Source: Octopus sinensis (lineage: Eukaryota). From it: DNA of 64,000 nucleotides. The notes under the pieces were generated by a model, which was given only the letters and a program-made list of their open reading frames with translations, was not told the origin of the DNA and made no database searches. The stretch is taken from positions 174,282,001-174,346,000 of the forward strand of contig NC_042999.1 of NCBI RefSeq assembly GCF_006345805.1, in the 5' to 3' direction. The position numbers and the translations under genes were made by a program. Position 1 is the stretch's first letter. Each line of letters opens with the position of its first letter. Of the stretch, positions 27,401 to 39,344 are shown in pieces.

Positions 27401-30079
27401 AGGGAAAGCTTTCTAATGCTACAACATGTAAAAAGTGTCTGTAAAAGTGTTTTTCAGCTTGAAACAGAATTTCACACAAACACTTAGATTTTCTTAATGA
27501 TTTCCTGTTCAACTAGCCACAAATACCCATGTGAATTAAGCATATGTAGCATATGTTGGTTGGCGACTGTGTGACATGGCATGACGTTGCATGATGTGAT
27601 TATTATTACACTGAATCTCAATGCCATCCATCTAGAACAGTGTAATCGTGAGCACGGAGTGCTGGTTCATCGGTGCACTCTTTTGTAACAGGTTTCATAA
27701 ATTAACTAACGTAGACCTAGATACACTTTGTCACATACTACGACGAAATGATCGGGGCTGAAGCGCTATTAATTATGAATCTGTTCGATAAAAGTTAATG
27801 TTGGACTAAAACAACAACAATCTATATTTCCCATACGGTAACAAACCTTTATAGCACCTATAACTGTGATCTGGCGAATAAGTGATTAAATCAACAATAA
27901 ATAAACGCAATTTGAAAATGAAAATTAAGAATCGAGAAAACAAAAGTAATCGATAGACGAAGAAGATTAAAATATACGATGAAATAGAAATCTTTTTTCA
28001 AATAAGGCTTGGTGAATTTGATCTAAATGAGGCTTGGAATATTTTCCCACAAAACTATCTTCTTTCTATAACAATTAGTGGCAAACAATTGCATATATAC
28101 ATATGTAGGAAATACGACCGTATGTGGAGGTTGGCGACGTAGGTAAGTCACACGGTCGCATCCCTAACGAAATAAGATAAGCCATAAATACAATTTATAC
28201 AATGCAGTACCAACAGAATATAGATGAATTGACGACAAGCCGTTCCACTGTTTGAGAGAGGATAAAATTTTATTTACAATGGTGTTAATGTTAGAAGGTT
28301 GTGAGTGCTAGTGCTAGCAAGTGTGTGAGTGTGTGTGCATGCAACACGTGTTTGTGTCTGTGTGTTCGTGTGTGCATGCAACACGTGTTTGTGTCTGTGT
28401 GTTCGTGTGTGTGACAGATACAATAAGGGTGAATGCGTGTGGCATAGAAGGTACAGAGCATAGAGTTAATGATGGAAATTGGTTTACTGTTCGTAAGGTA
28501 CACGATGTGTAAGAGTTCAATATCAAGATGTGTCTCGATGTCTGAAGTGGACGATGGTGATGGCGACTTGAAGTTGGTACAATGATGGTGACGACGGCGG
28601 CGGAGATAGAAGGCTTTCTGTGATGAGTGTACATTAGCGTCGTCGTGGGTGATCGTCTGTCGCTGTGACTGGAACATGTTGAGTAGCTCTGTGGTCAGAG
28701 GTTTAGTTGAGTCACTTGGTGTGCTTATTTTTCTCTTGATATAGATATTCTTTCAGATATATATACTGCAACTGTTTTTCCGTGGTGAGATTTTCACACT
28801 AACAGCATGAGTTGAATCTGTAGTTATCTTGTGTACAAGTTAAATCTTCGTAGATAGAGACGATGTTGGTGATGACGTTATGTCTGTCGCTTGGTTTACT
28901 ATAGCGTCTTTATATTATGTTTTGCTTGGTTGTCGTCTGCCTTTCGAACTGGAACATGGTTGAGTATGCTCTGTGTGGTCTCCGACTAAGACCTTAAAAG
29001 GTCTTAAGCCAAAAGACAGTGAATCGTGATATATCAGCCTATTTAAAGAGTTAAGATGACTCAAATGAAAAGTCCTATCCGAAAGCCGCGATTGGTCAGT
29101 TTACACACTGGCGCAAAGTAAGTAGAGAGACAGACCGCGCTTAGATGCTAACCAATCAAAATAGTGGACACAACAACGTTAAACTAGCCAAAGATGTTTG
29201 TAATCTCAAACGAGATCATTCTTAATATTTTTCTCAAACAGTGAAGATAGCAATAAAGAAAACAATATTGCTACACATACAAGCGCGCGCGCGTGTGTGT
29301 GTGTGTGTGTGTGTGTTTGTGTTCACAGGAGAAAAATAGACAGACGGGCAAGCAAGTTGGCTAATATAATGCATTTCAACGACGTGTAGCATAGAAAAGT
29401 AGAAGAGAATGGGGAGGAAGAGAAACTAGGGAATTATCTCCCTTACTCCATCGTATACATACATTTACTTGTTAATATAATAAAATTAGATGATACTTAT
29501 GCATTATGCATTCTTCAAGCGCATCGACCTCGCATGTCTGTGCAATGTGTATAATAATAGTCGACTGAATTCAAAGAAAAATTCCATTTCAAGGGATAAT
29601 TCATAATCTGAGCGCAGTTGAGTTGATCAGAGTTGTCTATAGTTGTTAGATAGAATTAAATCAGATGAACAACTGTATAAATCACATATAATGACAAGAA
29701 TTACTTCTTTCGTTCTCAATGCAGAACATCGTAAATCGCTTTTTCCCTTCTATTTCTTCTTTTTGGATTAACTCCATTTTCTGGCTGCTGAAATCCGAAG
29801 TTATACAACGGCTGGCGATTATACTTCTCTATCTGCTTCAGCTGATAAGAAAACAACTGGTGTAATTTACACAAGTAAAAGTCTTAGTATAAAATGAGAT
29901 TCACATCCCATTTATATCAAATACACTTCATTTCAACCACTTGTCGCAAGAGAGTAGAACTAGGAGTGAATAAGAGATGACAACGGATTATCTCCCTTTA
30001 AATGTGCACAGATTATTTCTCAGTATAATAAAATCAGAAGACAACTTTGATTTTACTTTCAATGATATATTCTTCCGAC

Positions 30080-30478
30080 AAAAGCGGAGAGCTGGCAGTA
30101 ATGTTAGCACGCCGGGCAAAATGCTTAGCGGTATTTCGTCTGCCGTTACGTTCTGAGTTCAAATTCCGCCGAGGTCGACTTTGCCTTTCATCCTTTTGGG
30201 ATCGATAAATTAACTACCAGTGGCTCAGTGGGGTCGATATAATCGACTTAATCCGTCTGTCTGTCCTTTGTTGTCTCCTCTGTGTTTAGCCCCTTGTGGG
30301 TTGTAAAGAAATAGGTATTTCGTCTGTCTTTAAGTTCTGAGTTCAAAATCTGCCGAGGTCGACTTTGCCTTTCATCCTTTCAGGGTCAATAAATTAAGTA
30401 CCAGTTGCGTACTGGGGTCGATTTAATCGACTGGCCACCTCCCTCAATATTTCAGGCCTTGTGCCTAGAGTAGAAAAG
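30080..30478 (+). mobile_element. GCCTTTCATCC-core SINE dimer with 16-bp TSD
   Basis: TSD GATATATTCTTCCGAC at 30064-30079 and 30479-30494; A/B boxes in the head. Confidence 0.9.
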
Positions 30479-30838
30479 GATATATTCTTCCGACTTCTGC
30501 ATTGCTCCAACACAGATCTGCACATTTACATTAATAGCCATTTCCTAAAATAGATATATACAGGACCATTTGGAAACAGCAAGCGTCGCAGATATTAAGA
30601 AAAAGGCAGAAAGCCATGTTTTCTTATAAACAGAAATTCATATAGAACAGCCACGATCTGCGAGTGAATCTAAAAATCGAGGATTGGACTTCACAGCCAT
30701 TTCAGAAGGTACTCCTCGTCAGACATTACTTCACATATGCTATGCATAAGCTACAAGGCTGATGGCTCCACAATTGCAATACACATCATATATACACAAG
30801 TGCGTGCGCACATACACACACACACACGCATATATATA

Positions 30839-30899
<61 letters not shown>

Positions 30900-31273
30900 A
30901 CTAAATGTACTTAAGAGTGTCAGGACACCTACATTGCAAGAAATAAGAGCTAAAATGTTCTAATGCTGTAGGAAAAGCACATAATTGTATACACGTATGC
31001 TCATACCTTAAGTATAAGGAATTCTTGATCGGTGTTCTGGGCGATTGCAGTTCCTATATATATATATATATAATGATAAATATCAAAGTGAGTTATATAC
31101 AGTAGCGGTAACACATCGTGACGTATATTTGCCATCTCAATATGGCTACCCCTAAGGGTGGATGCTACTGTATTTTTTAGCCCCAGGAGGACACACTCCT
31201 CCAGCTGGCCATAGACACACTTTCTGTGTCCTGTCAGTATTTGCAAAGGGAAGTCATCCTTCCCGTCTTCAAC

Positions 31274-31335
31274 TTATGATACACACGGACTCGAGTTTCG
31301 AGGTATTGACCTCTCGTCAGCGTGTGACAATCATA
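31274..31335 (-). ncRNA. Type I hammerhead ribozyme, identical copy on the minus strand
   Basis: Exact reverse complement of the 31511-31572 motif; core at 31314-31320; predicted cleavage after position 31288 on the minus strand. Confidence 0.9.
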
Positions 31336-31510
31336 GTTGTCGGCGAGAATTAGATTTCCTTCACAAATACTTATACTTTTTCCAGCGTCCACTGTCGCTG
31401 ATATTGAAAAAGTGAAATCAAACAATGATAAATATCAAAGTGAGTTATATACAGTAGCGGTAACACATCGTGACGTATATTTGCCATCTCAATGCCATCT
31501 CGCCGACAAC

Positions 31511-31572
31511 TATGATTGTCACACGCTGACGAGAGGTCAATACCTCGAAACTCGAGTCCGTGTGTATCATAA
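31511..31572 (+). ncRNA. Type I hammerhead ribozyme, canonical core
   Basis: Stem I CACACG(31520-25)/CGTGTG(31559-64) extended by TATGAT/ATCATA; CTGACGA 31526-32; stem II GAGG-TCAATA-CCTC; GAAAC; palindromic TCGA; GTC cleavage triplet ending at 31558. Confidence 0.9.
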
Positions 31573-31727
31573 GTTGAAGACGGGAAGGATGACTTCCCTT
31601 TGAAAATACTGACAGGACACAGAAAGTGTGTCTATGGCCAGCTGGAGGAGTGTGTCCTCCTGGGGCTAAAAACTACAGTAGCATCCACCCTTAGGGGTAG
31701 CCATATTGAGATGGCAAATATACGTCA

Positions 31728-31764
<37 letters not shown>

Positions 31765-33462
31765 CGTCATCATTGTTGTCGTCGTCGTTTAACTTCCGCT
31801 CTCAAGCTGGTATGTGTTGGACGGTTCGACTAACGACTGGAGAGCCAGGAAGCTGCACCAGGCTCCAATCTGATCTGTCAAGGTTTCTACAGTTGGATGC
31901 TCTTTCTAACGCCAACCACTCCGAGAGTGTAGTGGGTGCATTTTACGTGCCATCGTCACGGGTACCAGTCTGGCGGCTCTGGCATCGGCCACGACTACCA
32001 CCCCCGCTACTGACTTGGTCACCTAGGTAACGGTTGCTGTCAATTTCTATTTCTTCCTCCTGACATGTGATGGAATCTGTTTTCTGTAGATCTTCGGTGT
32101 TTATTGCCCTTGTGCATCTACCACACACAAAAATTATCTTCCCAGTTAAACTTTCTTTGATATTGATGCACCTCATACATGTCCATAGCTTATACCAGGT
32201 ACATCTTATTGAGTTTGTGCCTACACCTTTTCTTCAGATCGAGCAGGGCCATCTACCTGAAGGGATTTGTGATTTGTCTGCCATCCTGCTCACTGCAGAG
32301 AAATTTGCTAGATTGACTCTAAGGCCCTTCAATTCTAGACTTGCTTCCACACCTGAAACTTCTCCAGTTCTAGTGACTCAGGTATTAGAGTAAGGTGATC
32401 GGTATAAAGGAGCTCCCAAGGGCAACCTATCTTGAATTCCTCTGGAGGACTATGATGAATAAGAGGGGGCTGAGGATTGAAGCTTGGTGAACCCTCTACT
32501 TCTACCCAGAATTATTCCCTATGCTCGTGGCCAACCCTCACCTTACTGACAGCATCCCTGTACATGGCTTGCACAGCTCTCACCAACCACTTATCTATCC
32601 CTAGTTTGCGCATTAACCACCAGATAAGGGATCGGGGGACCCTGCCAAAAGCTTTCTCCATGTCAGCGAAAGATAAGTACAGTCGTTTATCTTTGGCAAG
32701 GAATTTCTCCTGCAGCTGTCTTACCAAAAATATAGCATCAGTGGTGTTTCTCCTTAGCACAAACCCGAACTGCATCTCGTCTAAACTATTTCTCTCCCTA
32801 ATTAGTTGAGCTATGACCCTCTCTGTGACTTTCATCAGCTGATCCAACAATTTGATACCTCTGTAATTATTCCTATCTAATGCGTCACTTTTGTAACAGT
32901 TGACTATGGTGCTGATACACTAGTCATTGGGTGTAATTTCTTCATGCATCACCTGGTTGACTATGTGGGTGACTAGACTATAACCTACACCTCCAGATAT
33001 TTTAAGCATCTCAGCAGTGATTCTTGAGGGACTGGGGGCTTTCCCTGTCTTCATACCCTTAATTGCTTTATCTACCACGATACTGTCAATTCGAATAGCT
33101 GGACCCTTTGTTGAGTCGACATTTCGCAGATTCTCTTTCTCTCATTCATTCTCTTCATTTTGCAACCTTTCATAGTAGCGTCTCTAAGTCTCTTTCTTTG
33201 CAGCATCATTAAATGTAAGTGAGCTATCATCCATGCGGACACATTTCTCTTCTATAACATCACGATTCTTTCTCACAGACTTCAAGTCTCTGGTCCTCAG
33301 CACGCAGAACATTGGCAATTTTTTCTTATCTGCTTCCCCTCTCGGTAAGTAAACCTATCTCCTAGGTTCACTTCTAGCGATCTGATACAGTTCCCTGCTA
33401 CTACCACACCTCCAGTCCTTCCTTGCCTGCTTCTTTCCCCTAATTTTCCCCATTGTCCACCA
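31765..33462 (-). mobile_element. RTE-clade LINE, 5'-truncated, internally deleted and decayed
   Basis: ORF 32512-32850 QFGFVLRRNTTDAIFLVRQLQEK...FADMEKAFGRVPR (RT), YLGD motif near 32020, and an RTE-type 3' UTR (GGATGCTCTTTCTAACGCCAACC) ending in (GAT/GAC)n. Confidence 0.85.
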
Positions 33463-34021
33463 CCATTATATATATATAATAGTCATATATATATATATAT
33501 ATAATAGCCATATATATATATATATATATATACATTTGTAATTATATGCACACATATATATTAACATATATGTATGTGTGTGTGTGGTGTGTGTGTGTAT
33601 CTTTTAGCTTGTGGTTGTTTCAGTCATTCGATTGTGGCCAGGTACACTATTTTTTTAAACCTAGTATTTATTTTGTCCGTTTCTTTTAACAATTTCTTTG
33701 GGACGTGTCGCATCATGCACATACTGCATATGAATATGGTTATTACGCAAGATATAGCTGTTTTGAAACAGCTGTCAAGATAAAACTTTAAATAACTTTT
33801 CTGCTCTTTCGTTATTTTTTCTTTATTCTGTAAGCTGTATTTTTTGTACTCAAACCTACATGTGTTTATCTACCTCACTACCTACATAACAGCTCCACGA
33901 CGATTGTTCTTGCGATGTAGGGGCGCCGGCTCAAGATGAAGAGGTTAGTTTTTAAGTTCCCATCCACTTGAGTACTGCTATATGTTGTCTGTACTAAGCT
34001 TATTTTCCTTATTTTTATATA

Positions 34022-34070
<49 letters not shown>

Positions 34071-34075
<5 letters not shown>

Positions 34076-34452
34076 TTAGAGATAAAACCACTATTAGGCA
34101 AATCAAACAGTGAAAAACATATATATTATATATATATTGAACAGTCGTCAGTGGTAACGGCGAATTAGGGAATATTAAATAACATAGAAATTGAATTCTT
34201 GATTTATTGGAATTTTCTCCCCTTCCAAAGAGGGAAGACTAAATCCTTGGTGACAATTGGTACCAAATCCAAATGAGAAGGGGAGATTATCTCAAGAAAC
34301 ATGACAACTTTAAAACTGAAATCTCGTTTAGAGTCAGTCTGATTGTCTAATTGTCTGACATCTCGTTGAGAAAAAAGTCTGATTGTTTGAGGATAGTTAT
34401 GTACGGGTGTTTCTGCATCGATGGGTGTCATCAGCAAAACAAGGCGAACGCA
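34071..34452 (-). mobile_element. Penelope-type terminal/non-autonomous fragment with hammerhead relic
   Basis: 34071-34118 is shared with 45468-45515. Minus-strand GTTTTG-CTGATGA...GAAAC-ACCC-GTA-CATAAC at 34396-34440. Confidence 0.55.
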
Positions 34453-34473
34453 CTAGCATATATTAATATATAT

Positions 34474-34705
34474 ATTTCTTTACTACCCACAAGGGGCTAA
34501 ACACAGAGGGGACAAACAAGGACAGACAAAGGGATTAAGTCGACTACATCGACCCCAGTGCGTAGCTGGTACTTAATTTATCGACCCCGAAAGGATGAAA
34601 GGCAAAGTCGACCTCGGCGGAATTTGAACTCGGAACGTAACGACAGACGAAATACGGCTACGAATTTCGCCCGGCGTGCTAACGTTTCTACCAGCTCGCC
34701 GCCTT
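34474..34705 (-). mobile_element. GCCTTTCATCC-core SINE monomer in TA-rich target
   Basis: Complete head-core-tail; ATATATTAATATATA duplicated on both flanks. Confidence 0.9.
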
Positions 34706-35223
34706 ATATATTAATATATAGATATTAACATATATTAATATATAGATATAGATATTGTAATATATGCGCATTCACTTCATATATACGTAAGGTAAATTAT
34801 TCATGCACACAGTCACATATACACGTGTATTATTAAAAACATGCACACATTTGTGTGAAGGACTGTATGAAAATACAGAACAATCACATACATACATGAA
34901 CGTAGGAGTATATTTATCCAAGTGTATAAAAGAAAAATATGTGGGTGATGTGAAAAAGGGGGAAAATGTAATTGAAATAAAATATTGGAAATGTAGGAAA
35001 AAATATAAAATATATACACATATACACATGCCTATATGTACACACAAACAGACACACAGTTACACACACACATACAGACACATACACACACGTACATACA
35101 CACACATATACGTATATGCCGATATATGTGTGTATTCGTGTTTGTAAATATATGTATATACATAAAGGTAGATAAATATGTGTGTGCGCTTGTGTATGTG
35201 TGTGTGTGTGTGTGCATGTGTGC

Positions 35224-35255
<32 letters not shown>

Positions 35256-36866
35256 GCATACACATAACAGCAAAAGTTAAAATATGTAATTTAACAGGAA
35301 ATTGTCAATTGTACGTTAACAAATAAATAGGAATTGGAAAGAAATAGGAGAAAAGAAAACAATGGATATGAATTAAGAGTAGGGAAAAAGAAACAAAGAA
35401 AAGAGGGTGTGGAATAAGAAGAGATAAACGGCAAAAGGAAGAAATAAATAGGGAAAAGAAAATACGCAGAAAAAACAAGATTTAGAGCCAAGTATAAGAG
35501 GAATGTGAAAGAAATATATTGTATTGTCATATGTATACGGTTGACATAAAAGACTTGGAAATAGATTGTTTAAAATCTCTCATTTAATCCCTTTCATTGT
35601 ATTATTGTTTCTGTCAAAACGTTTATATAGAAATAACGAAACCATGAGGGAAGAATGGGAAAAGATACAGAAGTGGGAGACTACAAAGTAGGTGAACTAG
35701 AGAAATGTATTAATGTCGTGGGGTAAATAAACCAATAAATAAATAGAAAGGTCGTAGTTTAAGTCTCTCTCTTATGTTGAGGTGGAAAAAATTTAAAAGA
35801 GGAGCGAGTCGAAAGAAAAGCTGATCGATAGAGTGAAAAATTTCAGAATATCTGGATTGGAAAAGCAAGAAGAATGGGGTAAATGCTATGTTGAAAAATA
35901 TAACCAGTTGAAACTGAGTACACGGATTAAATAAGAAAGATTAAAGTATAGATGTATAACGTACGATTCCTCATTAATATTAATAGGAGATATATACAAT
36001 TCTATTATCATTTAGACTAAAGGTGGTAAAAGTTAACGTGGACAGTAGAGATATGTATAATGAGAGGGAAATATTCAGTGTAAACAATTTAAATATGAAT
36101 TAGAAGCAGCTCGCCTGATATAAATAATATCGAACACATATATACAAGGTATGTGTTTGCTAGTTTGCGGGTAAGCTGCACTTTTAGGGGTAAGAGAATA
36201 TATTCTCATCAATGCACCTGGTGTTAAAACATCTGGAAATCAGTCATAGGCAAGCGAGATAACTCGCATCGGTTCCCATTCATGGGGCAATGGACATCGA
36301 CGCTTCATTTTTATAATTTATCAACACCAGCTACCCTAACAAGAGGAATGAGGATTAGTATGTAATAAGGATTAGTTCAGTAAACCACTTCATTCATATA
36401 TCTGAGGAGTTGATATTTTCCAGTGTTGCTGAAATAATATTGATATGATATATTATTTCATATGTTATATAACAAAATTTCAGCAATAATTCTTCTGATA
36501 AATCGTCGAGGAAACAATTGTTGTATTATGCAAGCTGGCAGAATCGTTACAGCGCCAGACAAAACGCTTAGCTGCATTTCTTCAGACTTTACATTCTGAG
36601 TTCAAATGCCACTGGGATCAACTTTACCTTTCATCCTTCCGGGGTTGATAAAATAAGCACCAGCTAAACACTGTGTTCGATGATCTTGAGCAAAAATTTC
36701 AAATAAATATTTATATAAACTTTACAGATTTTCAGATGTATCTTCAATAAAACGATCAATTTCCATTATAAAATCTATGATAACCGATACCCGTGGAGTG
36801 GCTATCTAGAAGCAAACTGGAGAGTTAATACCCAAATCGAATTGATATATGTGAAATATACGAGTA

Positions 36867-36906
<40 letters not shown>

Positions 36907-36916
36907 CATAGATATA

Positions 36917-36953
<37 letters not shown>

Positions 36954-36982
36954 CGTTCTTTTACATACCAACTCTCTCACCC

Positions 36983-37019
<37 letters not shown>

Positions 37020-38439
37020 GTGTGTGTGTGTGTGTGTATGTATATATATGTATATATATATACACATATATATGTATTTATGTGTATATGTATCAATGTG
37101 TCTGTATGTGTGTGTATTTGCATACTCTACATAACATTTTGAGTACTCTTTTTCTTACATATATGTGTCTGATTATTTTAGATATTGGCTTGCAACAGTC
37201 AACCAATGAATCAGTTGAAAGATAAAGCTAAGTGAAGCTGTTAAAGCCACCAGTACTATTCTATGTCGAATAATCAACTATTGAATAAGTCATACAGAAA
37301 GATACAGTAAAATCTAGATTAGTTTTGTTTACTTCGCACTAACATTTATAAAGATTCAAGTATTTTCATCAGCTCTATAAATCGTCTACAATTTAGTTAG
37401 ACAAGAATTATTGATTGTCTTATCTCCAATAAAGATTTTTGTGGTTTAGAAATAATATTTATCTCATGATGGAAATAAGAACGTTTTTCCAGACCTGATA
37501 TGAACTCCCTCTGAAATAAGATTTTAATAATGCATCAGTTACATCTGGCATTCGTTATATTGGGCTGAAGGTTGTGTGTTATTCAGGGAAGGAAGTATGA
37601 CACGCATGTCCTTCAGAATACCCTCCGATATTGGTGGAGTTTATAGAAGAACAAATCATGAATCATTCTACAATAAGACGGAAGGTATCGAAATATCCCC
37701 AAACGGAGAACAGATCCTCCGCTAGCAACAGAGTATATTTCACTAACGGCACTCAACGACCTGGTGGTGAAATTAAACAGGATTTGGATTGAGTCTACCT
37801 CCAACGAACAAATTCATCTGACGAGGTTCTGCACAATTTCTATCAACATAATTTCACTCACAAGGGACAACAAGCTCGCAGAATCGTGAGCAGACCGAGC
37901 AAAATACTAAGTGGCATTTCGTCCGTCTTTATGTTCTGTGTTCAAAAGCTGCCGAGGTCAACTTTGCCTTTCATCCTTTCGGGGTCGACAAATTAATTAC
38001 CAGTTGAGCATTGGTGTAATCTACTTACTCCTTCCCCCGAAATTGCTGGCCGTGCACCAAAGTTTGAAACCAATATATTTCACTCACAAGGCTTGGGTCG
38101 ACGCAAAATTATGGTGGAAGAACTTTACCCAAACGATCACCTAGTGGGTTATTGTAAATATAATTTCTTGACTATATGGCAATACCCGTTCTCTTAGTAG
38201 ACTAACATATCCCAACTATTTGGAATTAGATCACATCCCATTTTAACCCTATGTCTTTCTTCTTTCTTATCGCCTAATAAATTTTCTTTGAGATAGTTGT
38301 TTCATTGTCTTACTTAGTAATTCAACTTTTATATGCAATTTGGATGAGAATCCTTTTGATTTTTAGATTCTATTTTCTTCTGAAACTTATTCTTATTATA
38401 TGATATATCTGAAAAATAAATTTTACATATGCGTGTGCG

Positions 38440-38478
<39 letters not shown>

Positions 38479-38487
38479 TATATATAT

Positions 38488-39261
38488 ATGTTTGGGATGT
38501 CCGATGTAGCCTGGCCCATGATGTTGGTCTTCTTATGGCTGATAGCTAAGCCAAAGTCGTTACATGCTTGCTCAAAACAGTTAATGAGCCTTTGGCGGGC
38601 TTCTTCTGTGTGTGTTACCAGAGCGGCATCATCAGCTATACACACGCCAAGAGCGTCGCCTAAACATCTTTCACCTGCGCTGCCTCCGAAAAATCCTCCG
38701 CATCAAATGGCAGAATCATATCCCCAACAAAGATGTCCTCAGGCAAGCAGGAATACCAAGCATGTTTGCACTCCTCACACAAAGACGTATGAGATGGCTT
38801 GGGCATGTTAGCCGTATGAAAGATGGCAGAATCCCCAAGGACATACTCTACGGAGAGCTTGCTAGGGGTACTAGGTCTGTGGGTAGACCGATCTTACGTT
38901 ACAAGGATGTTTGCAGAAGGGACATGAAGGCCTGCAACATCAATATTAGCGGTTGGGAGGCAGTTGCCGGCAACCGTGGAAAATGGCGACGTACAGTAAA
39001 AGAGGGAATACAAAGGAGTGACAGAGAGAGAGAAGAGAAATGGAAAGAAAGGAAGAGACGTAAACAAGAGAGTATGGCACTACAACCAGCCAGGAACAGT
39101 CTTCGCTACATTTGCGGTACCTGCCAGAAGGAGTGTTTGTCCAGGATAGGACTACACAGCCACAGCAGGAAATGTATCAGGACATGAAATATAAAAGCCG
39201 GACTAGACTACTTCATGCGCAACTCCATTGTCTCCCGAGACAGAAAGGATGCCAACCAACC
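38488..39261 (+). mobile_element. RTE (BovB-like) LINE 3' end with inverted 5' segment
   Basis: 38488-38636 minus: ADDAALVTH...CNDFGLAISHKKT (RT). 38637-39187 plus: LYTRQERRLNIFHLRCLRKIL...WLGHVSRM...CGTCQKECLSRIGLHSHSRKC. (TA)n on both flanks. Confidence 0.9.
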
Positions 39262-39344
39262 ATATATATATATATATATATATATTCTCTCCACACTACA
39301 CCACACGACTGTTACACATCACATCATATATGATGTGCCATACT

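Larger units (their letters stand above)
31072..31731. mobile_element. Retrozyme-like insertion: 1.2 tandem copies of a 352-bp unit (minus sense, 31072-31493) plus an inverted 234-bp copy (31498-31731), in (TA)n
   Basis: Direct repeat 31072-31141 = 31424-31493 (period 352). Inverted arms 31115-31348 / 31498-31731 with 2 mismatches. Each arm carries a hammerhead. Confidence 0.85.

Noticed and set aside
37560-37900. Unique sequence with overlapping ~45-70 codon open frames
   Set aside because: No recognisable motif, start or splice context; could be an old TE remnant.
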